Source: Octopus sinensis (taxonomy: Eukaryota). Taken from it: a DNA stretch of 64,000 bases. Where the stretch lies: positions 65,038,001-65,102,000 of the forward strand of contig NC_043002.1 in assembly GCF_006345805.1 (NCBI RefSeq), given 5' to 3'. Both the position numbers and the translations under genes were made by a program. Numbering within the stretch: the first letter of the stretch is position 1; every line of letters begins with the position of its first letter. This document shows, in pieces, positions 51,344-64,000 of the stretch. Under the pieces are notes generated by a model. It was not told the origin of the DNA. It saw nothing but the letters and a program-made list of their open reading frames with translations, and searched no databases.

Positions 51344-54108
51344 CTCTGCCGTGGATAGACGTGTTCTCTTTTGGCGGTGAATCAAACGTTTGGTTGAACG
51401 TTGGATAATTTTTCTGTTAGAATTGTTGTTTATTGTTGCATATTTTCGAACAGTTGAACATTGTCGAACTTTTAAACTTTGAAAACGTTTGTGCTTTTTC
51501 CCGGTGACGGGAGAATGTAATTGTTTGCGTAAAACAATTTTTGCAGTTGTGAATTGAAATATTGAACTTGTTACAGCCGTTGTAGGCTTTTATGCCATGC
51601 CCCCACCTACCCAGCGGGGATGGGATTTGAACTGTTATCCTTATTATTGGACAATCAATTTATTATTGTGTGAAAAATTAAATTTTAGCCGTTGTAAGCT
51701 CTATTATGGCACCCGCCCCTAGCGTGGGTGAGATTTGAACTTTTGTTCTTGTTGTGAGGGAAAATAATATTATAGGATTCCCGTTTTAAGGATACTGTAT
51801 ATTTATTACTGTGTGAAATATTTAATTTCGAATGTTGTAGGCTTTGTTGCTACGTCTCGCCCCCCAGCGGGGGTGGGATTTGAACTGATGTCCTCGTTGA
51901 GAGAAAAAAAAGTTTAAAAAATATAGGTCTCCCATTTTCTGGGATTAAATTGTGTATAAATTTATTTCGAACGAATATGTCGGTCGAAATAATTCAAGAA
52001 ACAAACCAGCAGCATGAGCCAGCAAAAAAGTTCGCGGCAGTAGCCGCTGTATCGTGTAAAAATGTAGTAGTGCAAACGGAGAAGCTCTCCGAGCTTTTTG
52101 AGAGAATGAAAGAGGAGGGTGGGGATATAAAGATCTCACCCTCCCCTACTGTTGAAAATATGAAGCGAAGAACAGTCGTTTACAAAACGTACTGTCCTTC
52201 ATTGAAAAAATTCAAGCACTTCGAAAAGCGCGAAATAGAAACATGCCTGGACCCTATAAGGAATGATATAAAATAAATAGCGAGGGGTCGGGCATATGGG
52301 ACAATGGAGGCCAGATTTGAGACGGCCGAAAAAGCCAAATATCACTCAGTAAAAGTGAATGGTTTCCTCTCGAAGCCATTCAGGATCGAGCGCTCAGTGC
52401 GTCAGGGGTGCCCCTGTCCCCGCTTTTGTATGTATTGGCAATCGAGCCATTATTTCGGAAGTTGTAGGCACTAGGGGGAGCACATTATCTATGGTGTGGA
52501 AGAGGAGCTACGGCGTATGCGGATGAGGGCCAGCTTCCAATGTTGGAAGAGGCTATCAAAAGTTACGAAGCGGTGGCAGGTGCAAAGGTTAACAAGGACA
52601 AGTAAATTGGTTTGCAGCTCGGCACCTGGAGGGGCAAGCCGATGCTGTCCAATAACGTCGTGGGGTGTTGGACGGAAGATCCTGTTAAGCTTATCGGAGT
52701 CTGGTTCGAGCCAGACCTCCAGATAGAGAAAAATTGGAGTGAGGTGGCCAGCAAAGTGACTGTTCTAACCCAGACCTGCTCTGGGCGGGCGTTATCCTTG
52801 CTAGGAAAAGCGGAGGTGATGCAGATGTTTATAGCATCTGTTATCACCTACCGTCTGACCGTGGTGCCCTGTCCCGATTTGTGGCTGAACAAGTTGGTGA
52901 GAATCCTTTTCCGCTTTTTGTAGAAAGGAGGAAAGCCACTCGTGAATCGCTCTGTCTGCTGCCATAAACCGCTAAAGGGTGGGTTAGGGATGCCTTGGCT
53001 GAGGATGCGAAAATTCGCGTTATGGTTGAGGCACCTCTGGCTTTACCTGGATGAAGAGCAGGTGTGGTCACCGTACGTTCGGTTCTACCTTCCACAATTA
53101 ACTTCCTTAACGGACATTGGTAATTGGATCAAGCAGAGACCTGGGCTAGGGGACTGGAAATTGGAGTGCCGCCAGGCACTTCAGCTACTCTCTCGGGCGG
53201 ACAATGCCGGCAATAGGAGTTCTACCGCGGATTTCTATAGTGGGTTAGTGGAGGTTAAGTCCGAAGACGCCTTGGAGAGACCCTGGGCTACGATGAAAAT
53301 CAGCTAATCAACCTGTTCCCGAGAACTTTCGGGCCGAGTTATCTGGACAATTACCAGAAATCCCTCGCTTGGCAGTGCTTCCATGTGGCGTTACCTGTTC
53401 GTGATAAACTGTCAAGGCACGGAATTGCCGTCTCACCGACATGTCCGAGGCGCGGGCAGAGCAGGGAAACTGTTTTGCACGCATTTGTGGAATGTCCGGA
53501 ATTAACGAGACTGATAGTTTTCGCAGAGCAACTGTTGTCATCGTTGGGAAGAGTACAGCTATCAGCTGAATCTATCATCGAGATTGTGCCACCTCCTTCC
53601 CTTAATAGGGAAAGGAAGGCTTGCTTTTTCTGCCTAGTAGCCATACTGAAAGAAACAGTATGGAAGACGCGTGTGAGAGGCATAGTGACGGGAACCTTTG
53701 TATCCGGCCAGTGGGTGGTTAACTTTTTTAGTTACCACTTCAGTAGTAAGAACAGGCTGGAGAAGAGGTACCTGTCACGAGACAGATTCATGAGAAGATG
53801 GAAGCCTGAGGCGAGGAAACTGGGAGTGTTTGGCACCAGGTAAGTGGAAGCTAAAAACAGGAAAGAAAAATAAAGGGGTCTACCCTGGTAGTCGGATGCC
53901 TATCCTTCAGAGAAGCCATTACAAATTTCATTTGTAATGCGCAATGCTTTAGTCAAAAGTTATAAACTTTATTCATTAAATTATTGCATTTTTAAATTGT
54001 AAATATTTAATCGCTACAGTTAATTAACCTTTTTATGTTTGTCTGTCCTTGTTCGTCCCCTCTTTGTAATGCCTTCATGGCAAATATTCAAATATTTATG
54101 AAATAAAG
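51344..54108 (+). mobile_element. Tx1-like LINE, second family, both ends present, large internal deletion
   Basis: TSD TAGCTTGCTTAC (51332-51343, 54109-54120); 5' UTR with repeats; ORF1 start 51977; RT from about 52352 (RSVRQGCP, AYADE); zinc finger CPRRGQSRETVLHAFVEC; ORF2 stop 53843; 3' end AAATAAAG. Confidence 0.88.
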
Positions 54109-54300
54109 TAGCTTGCTTACGAACCCCATGGTTCCGGGTTCAGTCTCTCTGCGTGGCAGCTTGAGCAAGTGTCTTCTACTATAGCTTCGGGCCGACCAAA
54201 ACCTTGTGAGTGGATTTGGTAGACAGAAACTGACCTCGTGTGTACCGTTGGCGATTTTTTTTCCTCTGTCTTCCCTTCTCTGGATCTTTCCTTATCCTAT

Positions 54301-54335
54301 GTTTCCGACGAAGAGCTCCGCTCGAAACGTTAAGC
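54301..54335 (+). ncRNA. Minimal hammerhead motif, CCGACGA variant
   Basis: GTTT CCGACGA A GAGC-TCC-GCTC GAAA CG T T AAGC; palindromic ACGT stem III. Confidence 0.6.
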
Positions 54336-55244
54336 CCTCCTTCTTTCCTCAGCGTCCAATAATACTATATTTGTTCCACGTCCTCGTATTGTTGTGTTTT
54401 TTGTGTTTTCTTGTTTGGATTAACTATATATATATATATATATGTATATATATGTATGTATGTACGTGTGTGTGTATATATGTTTGTGTGTCTGTGTTTG
54501 TCCCCCGACCCCAACATCGCTTGACAACCGATGCTGGTGTGTTTACGTCCCCGTAACTTAGCGGTTCGGCAAAAAGAGACCGATAGAATAAGTACTAGGC
54601 TTACAAAGAATGAGTCCTTGGCTCGATTTGCTCGACTAAAGGCGGTGCTCCAGCATGGCTATAGTAATATGACTGAAACAAGTACAAGAGAGTAGAAGAG
54701 AGTATGTAATGAATATGTAACTGCAACCTCTACTTTCGCTCAGTGGCTTACCAGGACCGAAAGAATATCAGAAGAAACACTCCAAGTGTACTTTCCTATG
54801 TGCCTTTATTTGAGAGATTTTATTCAAATATCGGTGACTTTGCTTGTAATTCTTTCACAGTCAGTAACTTTTAATTGTCGTACTGGGGTCGTTGCAATGT
54901 ATTGAATACTATTCCAGTTTGAAAAATCAATATATGCCAGTTGTTGCGAATAAAACACCGAAGTTTGAATAAAACCCAACATTGCTTATTCATTTATGCC
55001 AAGTTAGCTTACTTTTTTGTGCTTTAACATTTAACTAAGCTTAACTGATTTTATATACTCAGAATTCAGTAAATAAACAATTTCCCTATTTTATTCCACT
55101 TCCGAGATTTCTTTTCCTCTTCGCCTGCTTCATTCACTACAAATTCTGATAGATACTTTTTTTTTATTCTGATATTGTTAGATTTGAGTAGCTTATGGTA
55201 GGACAACACACAAATAGCTTATGGTAAGAAAACGCACAAATTGG

Positions 55245-55456
55245 TTTCAAATTTAGGCACAAGGCCAGCAAGATTGAGAAAGGGGGTGAGTTGATTACAT
55301 CGACTCCAGTGCTCAACTCGTACTTATTTTATCGACCCCGATATAATCAAAGGCAAAGTCGATCTGCATGGAATTTGAACTCAGAACATAAAAACGGACG
55401 AAATGCCGCAAAGCATCTTGCCCGGCGTGCTAACGACACTGCCAGCTCGCCACCAT
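55245..55456 (-). mobile_element. Second SINE family copy
   Basis: rc GGTGGCGAGCTGGCAGTGTCGTTAGCACGCCGGGC...GAGTTCAAATTCC...CTTTGCCTTTG...GGGGTCGATAAAATAAGTAC. Confidence 0.75.
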
Positions 55457-55771
55457 AGCACTATACAAACAATAAAATTTGAAGATATTTTATGATATTC
55501 ATTCCCCTCGTTCAGGTTTCAAATTCCCCCGAGGTCGATTCTATTTTTGTTTTTTTCATGCTTTGAGAGTTGTTGAAATAAATACAAACCAGAAGGGGTG
55601 GCTTTCGGTTCGATGTAATCGACATATACCCACTCCCCTCCAAATTGCACGTCTTGGAAGCCATTATTTGGTGTGAAATTTAAAGGTGCCGGAGAAAATG
55701 CTTCACAACATTTGTTCCGTCTATTCGCCAAGCTCAATTCAGCCTTGCATCGTTTCAGAATCGATATATAT

Positions 55772-56145
55772 ATAAGGTGAGGCAGAAGTAACGCCCTTTC
55801 TTATTTGTATTTTTTAATAGTTTCCTACAATTTACAGGATGGTACACTGCCTCACTGTGGGTTAAACGTTCGGAAATGGTGAAATATTAATTTTGAGGTG
55901 CGGTGTATAGGACGAAGTGGAGCAACTGAGTGGCCATCACGATCTCAAAGATCTAACACCACCTGACTTTATCTAGTGCGGTGTATTGAAAAATCTTTTT
56001 TATTCCATGAAACCGAAAACAATTCCTGAATTGAAACAAGCAGCTTCTGATAAATTTTCTACGATTAACGGGGAAATGTGTGAAAAGGTTTGCAGAAGTG
56101 TTACCGATAATGTTCAGCATTCTGCTAAAAACGAAGAGGAGCTTT
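55772..56145 (+). mobile_element. Tc1/mariner transposase C-terminal remnant
   Basis: IGRSGATEWPSRS / DLTPPDF...MKPKTIPELKQ (WPxRSPDLTPxDF motif, frameshifted); TIR-like TATAAGGTGAGGCAGAAGTAA upstream. Confidence 0.7.
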
Positions 56146-56156
56146 TTGTATATGTT

Positions 56157-56390
56157 TACTCTTTTACTTGTTTCAGTCATTTGACTGTGGCCATGTTGGA
56201 GCACCGCCTTTAGTCGAGGAAACCGACCCCAGGACTTATTCTTTGTAAACCTAGTACTTATTCTATCGGTCTATTTTGCCGAACCGGTAAGATAGGAGGG
56301 GTGTAAACACACCACCATCGGTTGTCAAGCGATGTTGGGGAGACCAAACACTGGCACACAAAGATATACACACATACACGCATATATATA

Positions 56391-56423
<33 letters not shown>

Positions 56424-56564
56424 CGACGGGCTTCTTTCAGTTTCCGTCTGCCAAATCCACTCACAAGACTTTGATCAGCCCGAGGTTATAGTAGAAAACA
56501 CTTTCTCAAGGTGCGGCGCAATGGGACTGAATCTGGAACCGTGTGGTTCGTATGCAAGCTACTT
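56157..56564 (-). mobile_element. Main-family SINE, near full length
   Basis: Reverse complement of tail, 3' part, (TA)n centre and head. Confidence 0.88.
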
Positions 56565-56769
56565 AGATGAAAGAATACCTTATGAATTTCATAAAACTGC
56601 TGTAATTTATTTCCATTAATTGCTTTTTTTTTTCTTTTTCGTTAACTCCTCCAATAATATTTTATATAATAAAATTTACTGAAAAAAACAATTTTTGTGC
56701 CATAAAAGTTACTAAATAAAAATTCTGCCGCAACCTCTATGTGTGTGTGTGTTTGTATGTGTATAAAAC

Positions 56770-57085
56770 TGTAAACGTGTGGCTTAGGGATTAGGGCATT
56801 CTGCTCACGGTCTTGACTTCAATTCTTAGCGACGGGTTGTGTCCTTGAGCAAGATACTTTATTTCGGGTTGCTCCAGTCCACTCAGCTGTCAAAAAATTA
56901 GTAGTACCTGTATTTCAAAGGGCCGTCCTTGTCACATTCTGTGTCACGCTGAATCTCCCTGAGAACTATATTAAGGGTAAACGTGTTTGTAGAATGCTCA
57001 ACCACTTTCATATCAATTTCACAAGCAAGCTGTTCCGTTGTTCGTATCAGCTGGGACACTCGTCGTCGTAACCGACGGATTGCTC
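56770..57085 (+). mobile_element. Third SINE family (tRNA-like head plus CCTTGAGCAAG...CAGTCCACTCAGCTG domain)
   Basis: Shares the TTGAG(C)AA..TACTTTATTTCG.GTTG.TCCAGT.CACTCAGCTG core with 62100-62366 (-). Confidence 0.65.
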
Positions 57086-57659
57086 CTTCTTTAATACATA
57101 TAAGTATCATTTCAGTACAGGGTGTTAGACGTTACTGAGTAGCTACCTCACCAAAAACCCCAGGCCTTGCTCTTTATTTCCCACTTCAAGTCCCAACATG
57201 ACTGCTATTTACATTTCAATATCGTAGGTTCAATCACATAAGCAAACATTAAAAACTGGATTCCTTTAAAGCAACAACTCACCTACCTTCAAAATATATG
57301 GCCGAATGCCAAAACTAGAAAGTATTAATAGTATTAATCATTTCAATATTTCACTTCTGCTGAAGTAGGATATAAAACATTACAACAAAAATTATGAAGT
57401 AATCAGAAACATATGTCTGTTTTAGAAAGTTTTTCTTTTAAGGCATTTTGGCAAGTAACAATATAACAACATTTTTAATAAAAGTTCATCGGAAGGCGCT
57501 GCTATTATTCACCATTGACGAACAGTAAATGCTTTCTTAATTCACTGACGTTTACTATTAATTAAAGCAAGGAAAGTAAAACACTTTTAGTTGTGTTCCA
57601 TTCTTTTCTCACACCCTATTAGATTGACTGTTACTTCTCATATCTATCTAAATATATTT

Positions 57660-57749
57660 ATATCAAATATCATATATATATATATATGTATATATATATG
57701 TATATATGTATATATATGTATATATATATGTATATGTATATATATGTAT

Positions 57750-57781
<32 letters not shown>

Positions 57782-57811
57782 GTATATATATATTATATAT
57801 ATATGTTATAT

Positions 57812-57842
<31 letters not shown>

Positions 57843-58007
57843 GTATATATATTATGTATATATATATGTATATATGTATATATATATATGTATATATGTA
57901 TATATGTATATATATAGTATATATATATGTATGTATATATATGTATATGTATATATATATGTGTATATATATGTATATGTATATATATATTTATATGTAT
58001 ATATATG

Positions 58008-58040
<33 letters not shown>

Positions 58041-58249
58041 TTGTGTGTGTGTGTGTGTGTGTATGCAGAAGCACACAGGGGTGTGTATATACAAGCATCA
58101 CTCCTGAGTATTTCGATATCTTATGTTTACCTCCTCTACCACGAGTTCCTCCCTCAGCGTCTCAATCGAAAATTTTATATGTATGAATAAATAAGTACAT
58201 ACATATATATATATGTGCGTGTGTGCATTGTATGTGTGTTTGTGTATGC

Positions 58250-58302
<53 letters not shown>

Positions 58303-58637
58303 GTTATTTATTTATGTATGTATATATATACACACATACATACATATAAATACAGAGGAAGACAGAGTGATATATAGATATGCGCATATTATACTGTTAT
58401 AAAAATATATGTATTATGGCAGATGCATGTGTGTGTATACGTGTCTGTGTGTATGTGTGTGTATACGTGTCTGTGTGTATGTGTGTATGATAGCCACACA
58501 TATAACCTATTATACAATGTTGTATAAAATATAAGAGAAAGACGTACACATATATGGATATTGTAAAGCCAACACCATTTTAATCAAGTGCATTCATTAT
58601 ATGGTATCCTATGAGGTAGCGCACCAATGCTCTATGC

Positions 58638-58715
<78 letters not shown>

Positions 58716-58792
58716 TACATATATATATATGCATATACATATATATATATATATACATATACATATATTATATATATATACATACATACATG

Positions 58793-58835
<43 letters not shown>

Positions 58836-58898
58836 TATATATACATACATATATATATATATATACACATATATATATATATATACACACACATATAT

Positions 58899-58940
<42 letters not shown>
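57660..58940. repeat. Degenerate (TA)n/(TATG)n/(TG)n microsatellite fields
   Basis: Main tracts 57660-58065, 58200-58350, 58625-58940. Confidence 0.95.
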
Positions 58941-60213
58941 TAAATTAAGAACTCGTGTGTGTGTACACATACAGAAAGTTCCTACCCTCCCTCCCCCTTT
59001 GTAGCTTTACGTTCCCGTTCCCCCTTCCACTTCCCATCCTCCTGTCTTCTTCCTCTATCTCATTCCATCACTCTCTGACCTTTCACAAAGGTGACTACAA
59101 TTCATAAAACACTTAAAATGATATTGAAAGAAAGCTACCAACCTAACAATGGCTAGCCAATTTAAGCTGGTACAATTCTCTATTGTTCATTGCCTTAATT
59201 CTAGTAAGTTTTCTTTGAATTACAACGAAATTGGTAAGTGGTTTCCGATACATAATCACGATCGCCCCTTGCAAATGTCTTCGTATTTCTCTTTGTGGTT
59301 CGCTTTCTTCCAACCTATCTCTCGCTCTTAACTCTTTGTCTATTTTTCTTTCTGTCTATTTAACTCTGTATTTAACCACTTCTCTCTCTGATATTCTCAT
59401 TATCTCGATGTTGTCTTCGTTTAATCATTTGGTTTATATTGCTCTGTATAAGTTTCCCTCACTCCCTCTCTTTTTCTGTCTGTTACTCTTTATCCCTTCC
59501 TCTCTTTCTGATTTTTTTTTTTTTTAGATTTCTATACACATTGTCTTTTATATCTGAAAGTTCCATCTACACTCTCTACTTGTCAATTGGTGCCTCTCTC
59601 TTTTTCGCTTTTAATCTCTCTGTCTTTCTCTTTCTCCCTATCTTTTTCTCTAAATAAAGTCACATAGATTAAATTGATACAGATATATCAACAAAATTTA
59701 TCAAACTAATCATATGTATGTATGCGTTTGTGTGCTTAACGATATGTGTTTGTGTGTATGTGTGCGTGTGTGTATGGAAAGAGAGACAGAGATAGAGACA
59801 AGCCACTGCGGAAACGACAGTACATGTCCGTGTGTCTGTGCGTGTGTACGTACATATATGTGGTCATTGGTGTTATGGGTGCGTGTGCCAGTGCGGCGGT
59901 GTGAGTTTATCTACGGGGATATAACAATATAAATATGTGTATGTTCAGTTGTATTCTGAATGTGTTGTGTTCTTTGTGGTTCAGCTAAACTTCTTAACCA
60001 AAAACGGAAATGCCTCCTCACACACACATGTACAAATGTATTGAATGTAGTATGAGAAATAATAAAGCTAATAAAAAACAGGCTCGGACGACAGATGAAT
60101 GGCTGCAGAGTGTAATATTTCACATTACTCAGTTCAAAATATACCGGGGTCAGTTTGTACCACTCATGATCGAGGATCTAGAAAATACTAACAATAAATC
60201 TTTCTACTAAAGT

Positions 60214-60597
60214 AGGAGTGGCTGTGTGGTAAGTAGCTTGCTTTCCAACCACGTGGTTTCGGGTCAGTCCCACTGCGTGGCACCTTGGGCAAGTGTCTTC
60301 TACTATAGCCTCGGGCTGGCCAAAGCCTTGTGAGTGGGTTTGGTAGATGGAAACTGAAAGAAGCCCGTCGTATATATATGTGTGTGTGTGTGTGAGTGTG
60401 TGTTTGTATCTGTGTTCGTCCTCCTCTCCCCAACATCGCTTGACAATCGACGTAACTTAGGGGTTCGGAAAAGGAGACCGATAGAATAAGTACTAGGCTT
60501 AAAAGAATAAGTCCTGGGGTCGATTTCCTCGACTAAAAGGCGGTGCTCCAGCATGGCCGCAGTCAAATGACTGAAACAAGTAAAAGAGTAAAAGAGT
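60214..60597 (+). mobile_element. Main-family SINE, near full length
   Basis: Head, (TA)(TG)n centre, short deletion in 3' part, (AGTAAAAG)n tail. Confidence 0.9.
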
Positions 60598-61089
60598 ATA
60601 ACAGTGTCTCAAACGTTTATACTTTTGCCTTTCGCTTCACATTTCGGTGAGCGTGTTCAAGACATTTCTGTTAATGTTTCAATGAAGTGTTCTGCATAAT
60701 GAGCTGTAATTACAACAAAGTTATAGTTATTGTATTTTATTTGTTTATTTATTTATATGTATGTGTATTCTAGTGTGAGAAATAGTTTGAAAGAGAAAGA
60801 AAATCTCTTGCTGATGTGGCTATTAGAAATCATAAGAATATTGTTTGTAAGAATGGTAGAAATATAATGCGGGATCTAGAGCTACACAAGAGAAAATTAG
60901 GAATAAGAATGAGAAGGTAGAAGAAACGAAGGAAGAGGCGGTGCATTGGGAGGGCAGAAGGAAGAGGAGAAAGTGGGAGGTGAGGCGGGGGAGGAGGAGG
61001 ATTCACTATTTCTTTGATTACCACAAAGAATATAGCTTCTCAGAAAAAAGGGTGGGTGTTCTCTGTGAAGGAGAAGGAATCCAGCACGT

Positions 61090-61167
61090 CGACAGGTATG
61101 AATTTAGTCTGAAATCCCAAGATCTTCTAGAAATAGGCACCATATGGACACTGGTTGAGAACCACTG
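61090..61167 (-). mobile_element. Possible hAT-type terminal fragment
   Basis: rc CAGTGGTTCTCAACC at 61153-61167 resembles Charlie/MER5-type TIRs; similar CAGTGATTTCCAAC at about 19257; no partner end. Confidence 0.35.
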
Positions 61168-61859
61168 GTCTACTCCTATCTTTTATATATCTGCCTATAC
61201 AACTAAACACATGCCCATCCAAACACTTACGTACCCAAGTGTGTAAATTTCAGGGGTAGTTACAGTCGCGTTTTAGTTCTACTATTTACGTATATTTTCC
61301 ATAATAGTATGCCTCATTTATGAGAACAGACACGCATATCTTTAGGTTCAGCATGCAACCATAATGATCTTTGACATGGCGTTAGAGTATATACAGCTGT
61401 TTCCTGTCATTATACTCCCGCCTATATTTTCATGTTAAGTCTCTCCAATATATGTTGTATTCCGGTTCTTACAATCCCCATTCCTTGGTTTTACAGTCAA
61501 TACTGGTGTTAAAGACACATACAGTGTAGTTACTATCAGTATTTATTTATGCTCTTGTCGAAAGGGTATGTTATTCATAACTGTGTAGGGTCAATAGCTT
61601 TATATACACACGAAAATACACACTCGCACGAGCGACTCGACTGCAAAAGCACACGCACGCAGATACTCTCATACCAACCCTGTCCTCTATTCCACCTCCC
61701 ACAAAAACAACTACACGAATACATTTCTGCAAGGTGACAAACAAATCCCAGCAGATCGCAGACCGAACTGATCTTAAACAAAAGACTGAACCCTTAAAGA
61801 GATTATTGATGGCTAGAGTACACGCACTTACACACACACACCTCGCTTATTCCCAAACT

Positions 61860-62040
61860 ATACTTTTGTATTATTATTATCATCATTATTATTATTATCA
61901 TTATTATGCAGGTCACTGCCTGGAATCGAACTCGGAATCTTGGGGTTAGTAGCACTTAACCACTAAGCCATATGCCCGTGGGCAATTATGGAGGGAATTT
62001 TAGGGCTTATAAATCTAATATTTTCCTATTCTTCCTTTTG
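61860..62040 (-). mobile_element. Penelope-like 3' fragment with tRNA-like segment and (AAT)n
   Basis: rc AGGAAAATATTAGATTTATAAGCCCTAAAATTCCCTCCATAATTGC-CCACGGGCATATGGCTTAGTGG...GAGTTCGATTCCAGGCAGTGAC-(AAT)n matches 30750-30900. Confidence 0.75.
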
Positions 62041-62099
62041 TAATCAAACATCTGCATACATACGTACAGGGTCATGAGTGACTGAGATTGTACGTAGAA

Positions 62100-62366
62100 A
62101 GTTACCCTCCGACGCACAAGTCCGGGCAAAGGTGTTATTGGAAGACCAGCAGTCGCCCATTCATACCAGCGTTCCCGCTTGGTAAAGGGGCCGATATAGC
62201 TTGGTACCAGTGATTTTGCAACACATTTCTACAGCTGAGTGAACTGGAACAACGCGAAATAAAGTATAATTCTCAAGAACACAACACGCAGCCCAGTCCC
62301 GGAATCAAACTCAAAACCTCACAATCGTAAGCTCGACGCTCAGACCACTGAGCCACGCGCCTTCAC
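62100..62366 (-). mobile_element. Third SINE family copy
   Basis: rc head GGCGCGTGGCTCAGTGG...GAGTTTGATTCCGGG (A and B boxes) followed by the shared core. Confidence 0.7.
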
Positions 62367-62899
62367 TCACATGCACACGTACAAACATACATATAAACAG
62401 GCATAAGACTAAACTTTTCAGACAGACGCAAAACAGACATTGAAGAGGTCATTTATTCGGTGAGGGCGCGACTAACGACGAACGGACTTTGACAAACAAA
62501 TTCACCATTATTTGATTTTTTAACCAACGCATAAAACAAACTGTCGATAAGTTACTTGGTTAGATATTTAAACAATTCACTGACAACAAAGAAGTAATAA
62601 CTAACCAGTGCGTGTGCTGTTATTACTGTCGTAATGTTCCTCTGAAGATCCAATGTGTTTCTAGTCTTCCGTGTCAGTCATTTAAAAAATACACACATAT
62701 ATAATTCGTGTGTGCGTGCGCGTTTGTGTACGTGTGTGTGTGTGTGTGCGTGTTTATGTGTGTGAAAGTGTGTCTGTTTGTGCGTGGTTATGTATGTGTG
62801 AAAGTGTGTGTGTTTGTGAGTGTGCATGTGTGTATACATGTGTGTAAATGTGTTTATGTGCATGTTTGTGTGTGTATTCTATGTGTGTATATGTGTGTG

Positions 62900-63062
62900 T
62901 TTTTGTCCTCACACACCGGTACTGGTGTTTTTACGTCCCCAACACTTTGAGATTCATTGAAAGAAACCAATCTAGGCTTATGAAAAAAAACCAACTACTG
63001 AGGTCGGTTCATTCAACTAACAACTCTTTAAGCCATGCTCTAGTATGGCTGCAGTCTAATAA
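62900..63062 (+). mobile_element. Main-family-related SINE 3' half
   Basis: CACCGGTACTGGTGTTTTTACGTCCCC...CATGCTCTAGTATGGCTGCAGTCTAATAACTG after a (TG)-rich tract. Confidence 0.6.
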
Positions 63063-64000
63063 CTGCTTGTGTTTGTATGTACGTATTTGTTTTGTGTATG
63101 TTTGTATACAGAAGTTTGGCATACCTGCGTCTTAGTGTTTCTCTCTGTGTATGTACGTGTGTATGTGTATGATTTATGTGAATATAATTTCAATAATTTT
63201 CAGTGAAAATGAAATCAATATAAGAGGCAGAGTTATGTACCTATTCATTTCCACCTTTAAGTGATTTCAAAGTTCTCTAAATCTAGCTTTTACCTCTGTG
63301 TTTGTAGAAAAGATACATACAAGGAAATATATAACACTTTAAGTGTGAATAACGCAAAAGAATAAGCAACACCCGAAAAGATACGGCTTAACTGTGTATG
63401 TATTCTCAGCTTGTGATATGAAGAAGTAGGTAACTGAATAATATCGAATATAAAGTAAATATATGGTGAATAAATGGGTTTGTGTATTGAGGGAGTATAA
63501 TATTACATGTTTGATTCTGTGAACTAACGGATTCTAAGTTTATTTATACGTATTACTTGAGTAAGTGGGAATTTCGTATTAACTGCTTTTATTAGTGAAA
63601 ACGGAGAAAATTAGCATTTTAGTTTTAATTAGGGTCTATTTTTAAAAAAAAAATTTGTAACAAATTCATTCATTTTGAATATAATTAAGATGTAAACTTT
63701 TGAGTTTTTTTTCAATGTAAATGCACATATTTGTAATACAATAAATATTGAATTTAAATACTGGTAAAAAAAAATAACAAAAAATTATATGAGTAACTCT
63801 CTGTATTCAATACATTTTAAAACATTCATTAGGAGAAAGGTTTGTAAAAGATGAATAAATAAAATACGATCAGGAAGAGGTAAACAATTTTTTCCTTTAT
63901 TTCTACGTGTATTTTTAGGATTTATGAATGTATCTGAAATACGCCTGCAATTAATATTTCGGCTGAAAGTTCATATAGTTTAGAAAAACCGAAATGAAAA

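Larger units (their letters stand above)
51311..54690 (+). mobile_element. Main-family SINE interrupted twice (Tx1-like LINE at 51344-54108; Penelope-type piece at about 54240-54425)
   Basis: Head CAGGAGTTGCTGTGTGGTAAATAGCTTGCTTAC at 51311-51343 resumes as TAGCTTGCTTACGAACCCCATGGTTCCGGGTTCAGTC at 54109; 3' half 54480-54690. Confidence 0.88.

Noticed and set aside
51950-52276. 108-aa ORF as a host gene
   Set aside because: Lies within a TSD-bounded LINE and is homologous to ORF1 at 35860-36238

Overview
AT-rich, microsatellite-dense eukaryotic intergenic or intronic DNA. The repeat families (tRNA-derived SINEs with an internal microsatellite, RTE, Tx1, mariner, Penelope) suggest an octopus or other coleoid cephalopod; that is recognition from memory, not a database result. 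I find no supportable host gene, and most ORFs in the track are microsatellite translations. Four things stand out. (1) At least ten hammerhead ribozyme motifs from about seven unrelated repeat families, probably Penelope-type, including CUGUCGA/CCGA/CAGA core variants and a 480-bp tandem with two intact cores. (2) A Tx1-like LINE family whose copies sit inside (GATA)n tracts in constant polarity, including a 6.5-kb tandem array. (3) A second Tx1-like element with both ends and a TSD, inserted in the tRNA head of a SINE and carrying an in-frame ORF1-RT deletion. (4) An ORF1-only (HAL1-like) Tx1 derivative lying between two inverted hammerhead-bearing repeats. All alignments and identities were estimated by eye.
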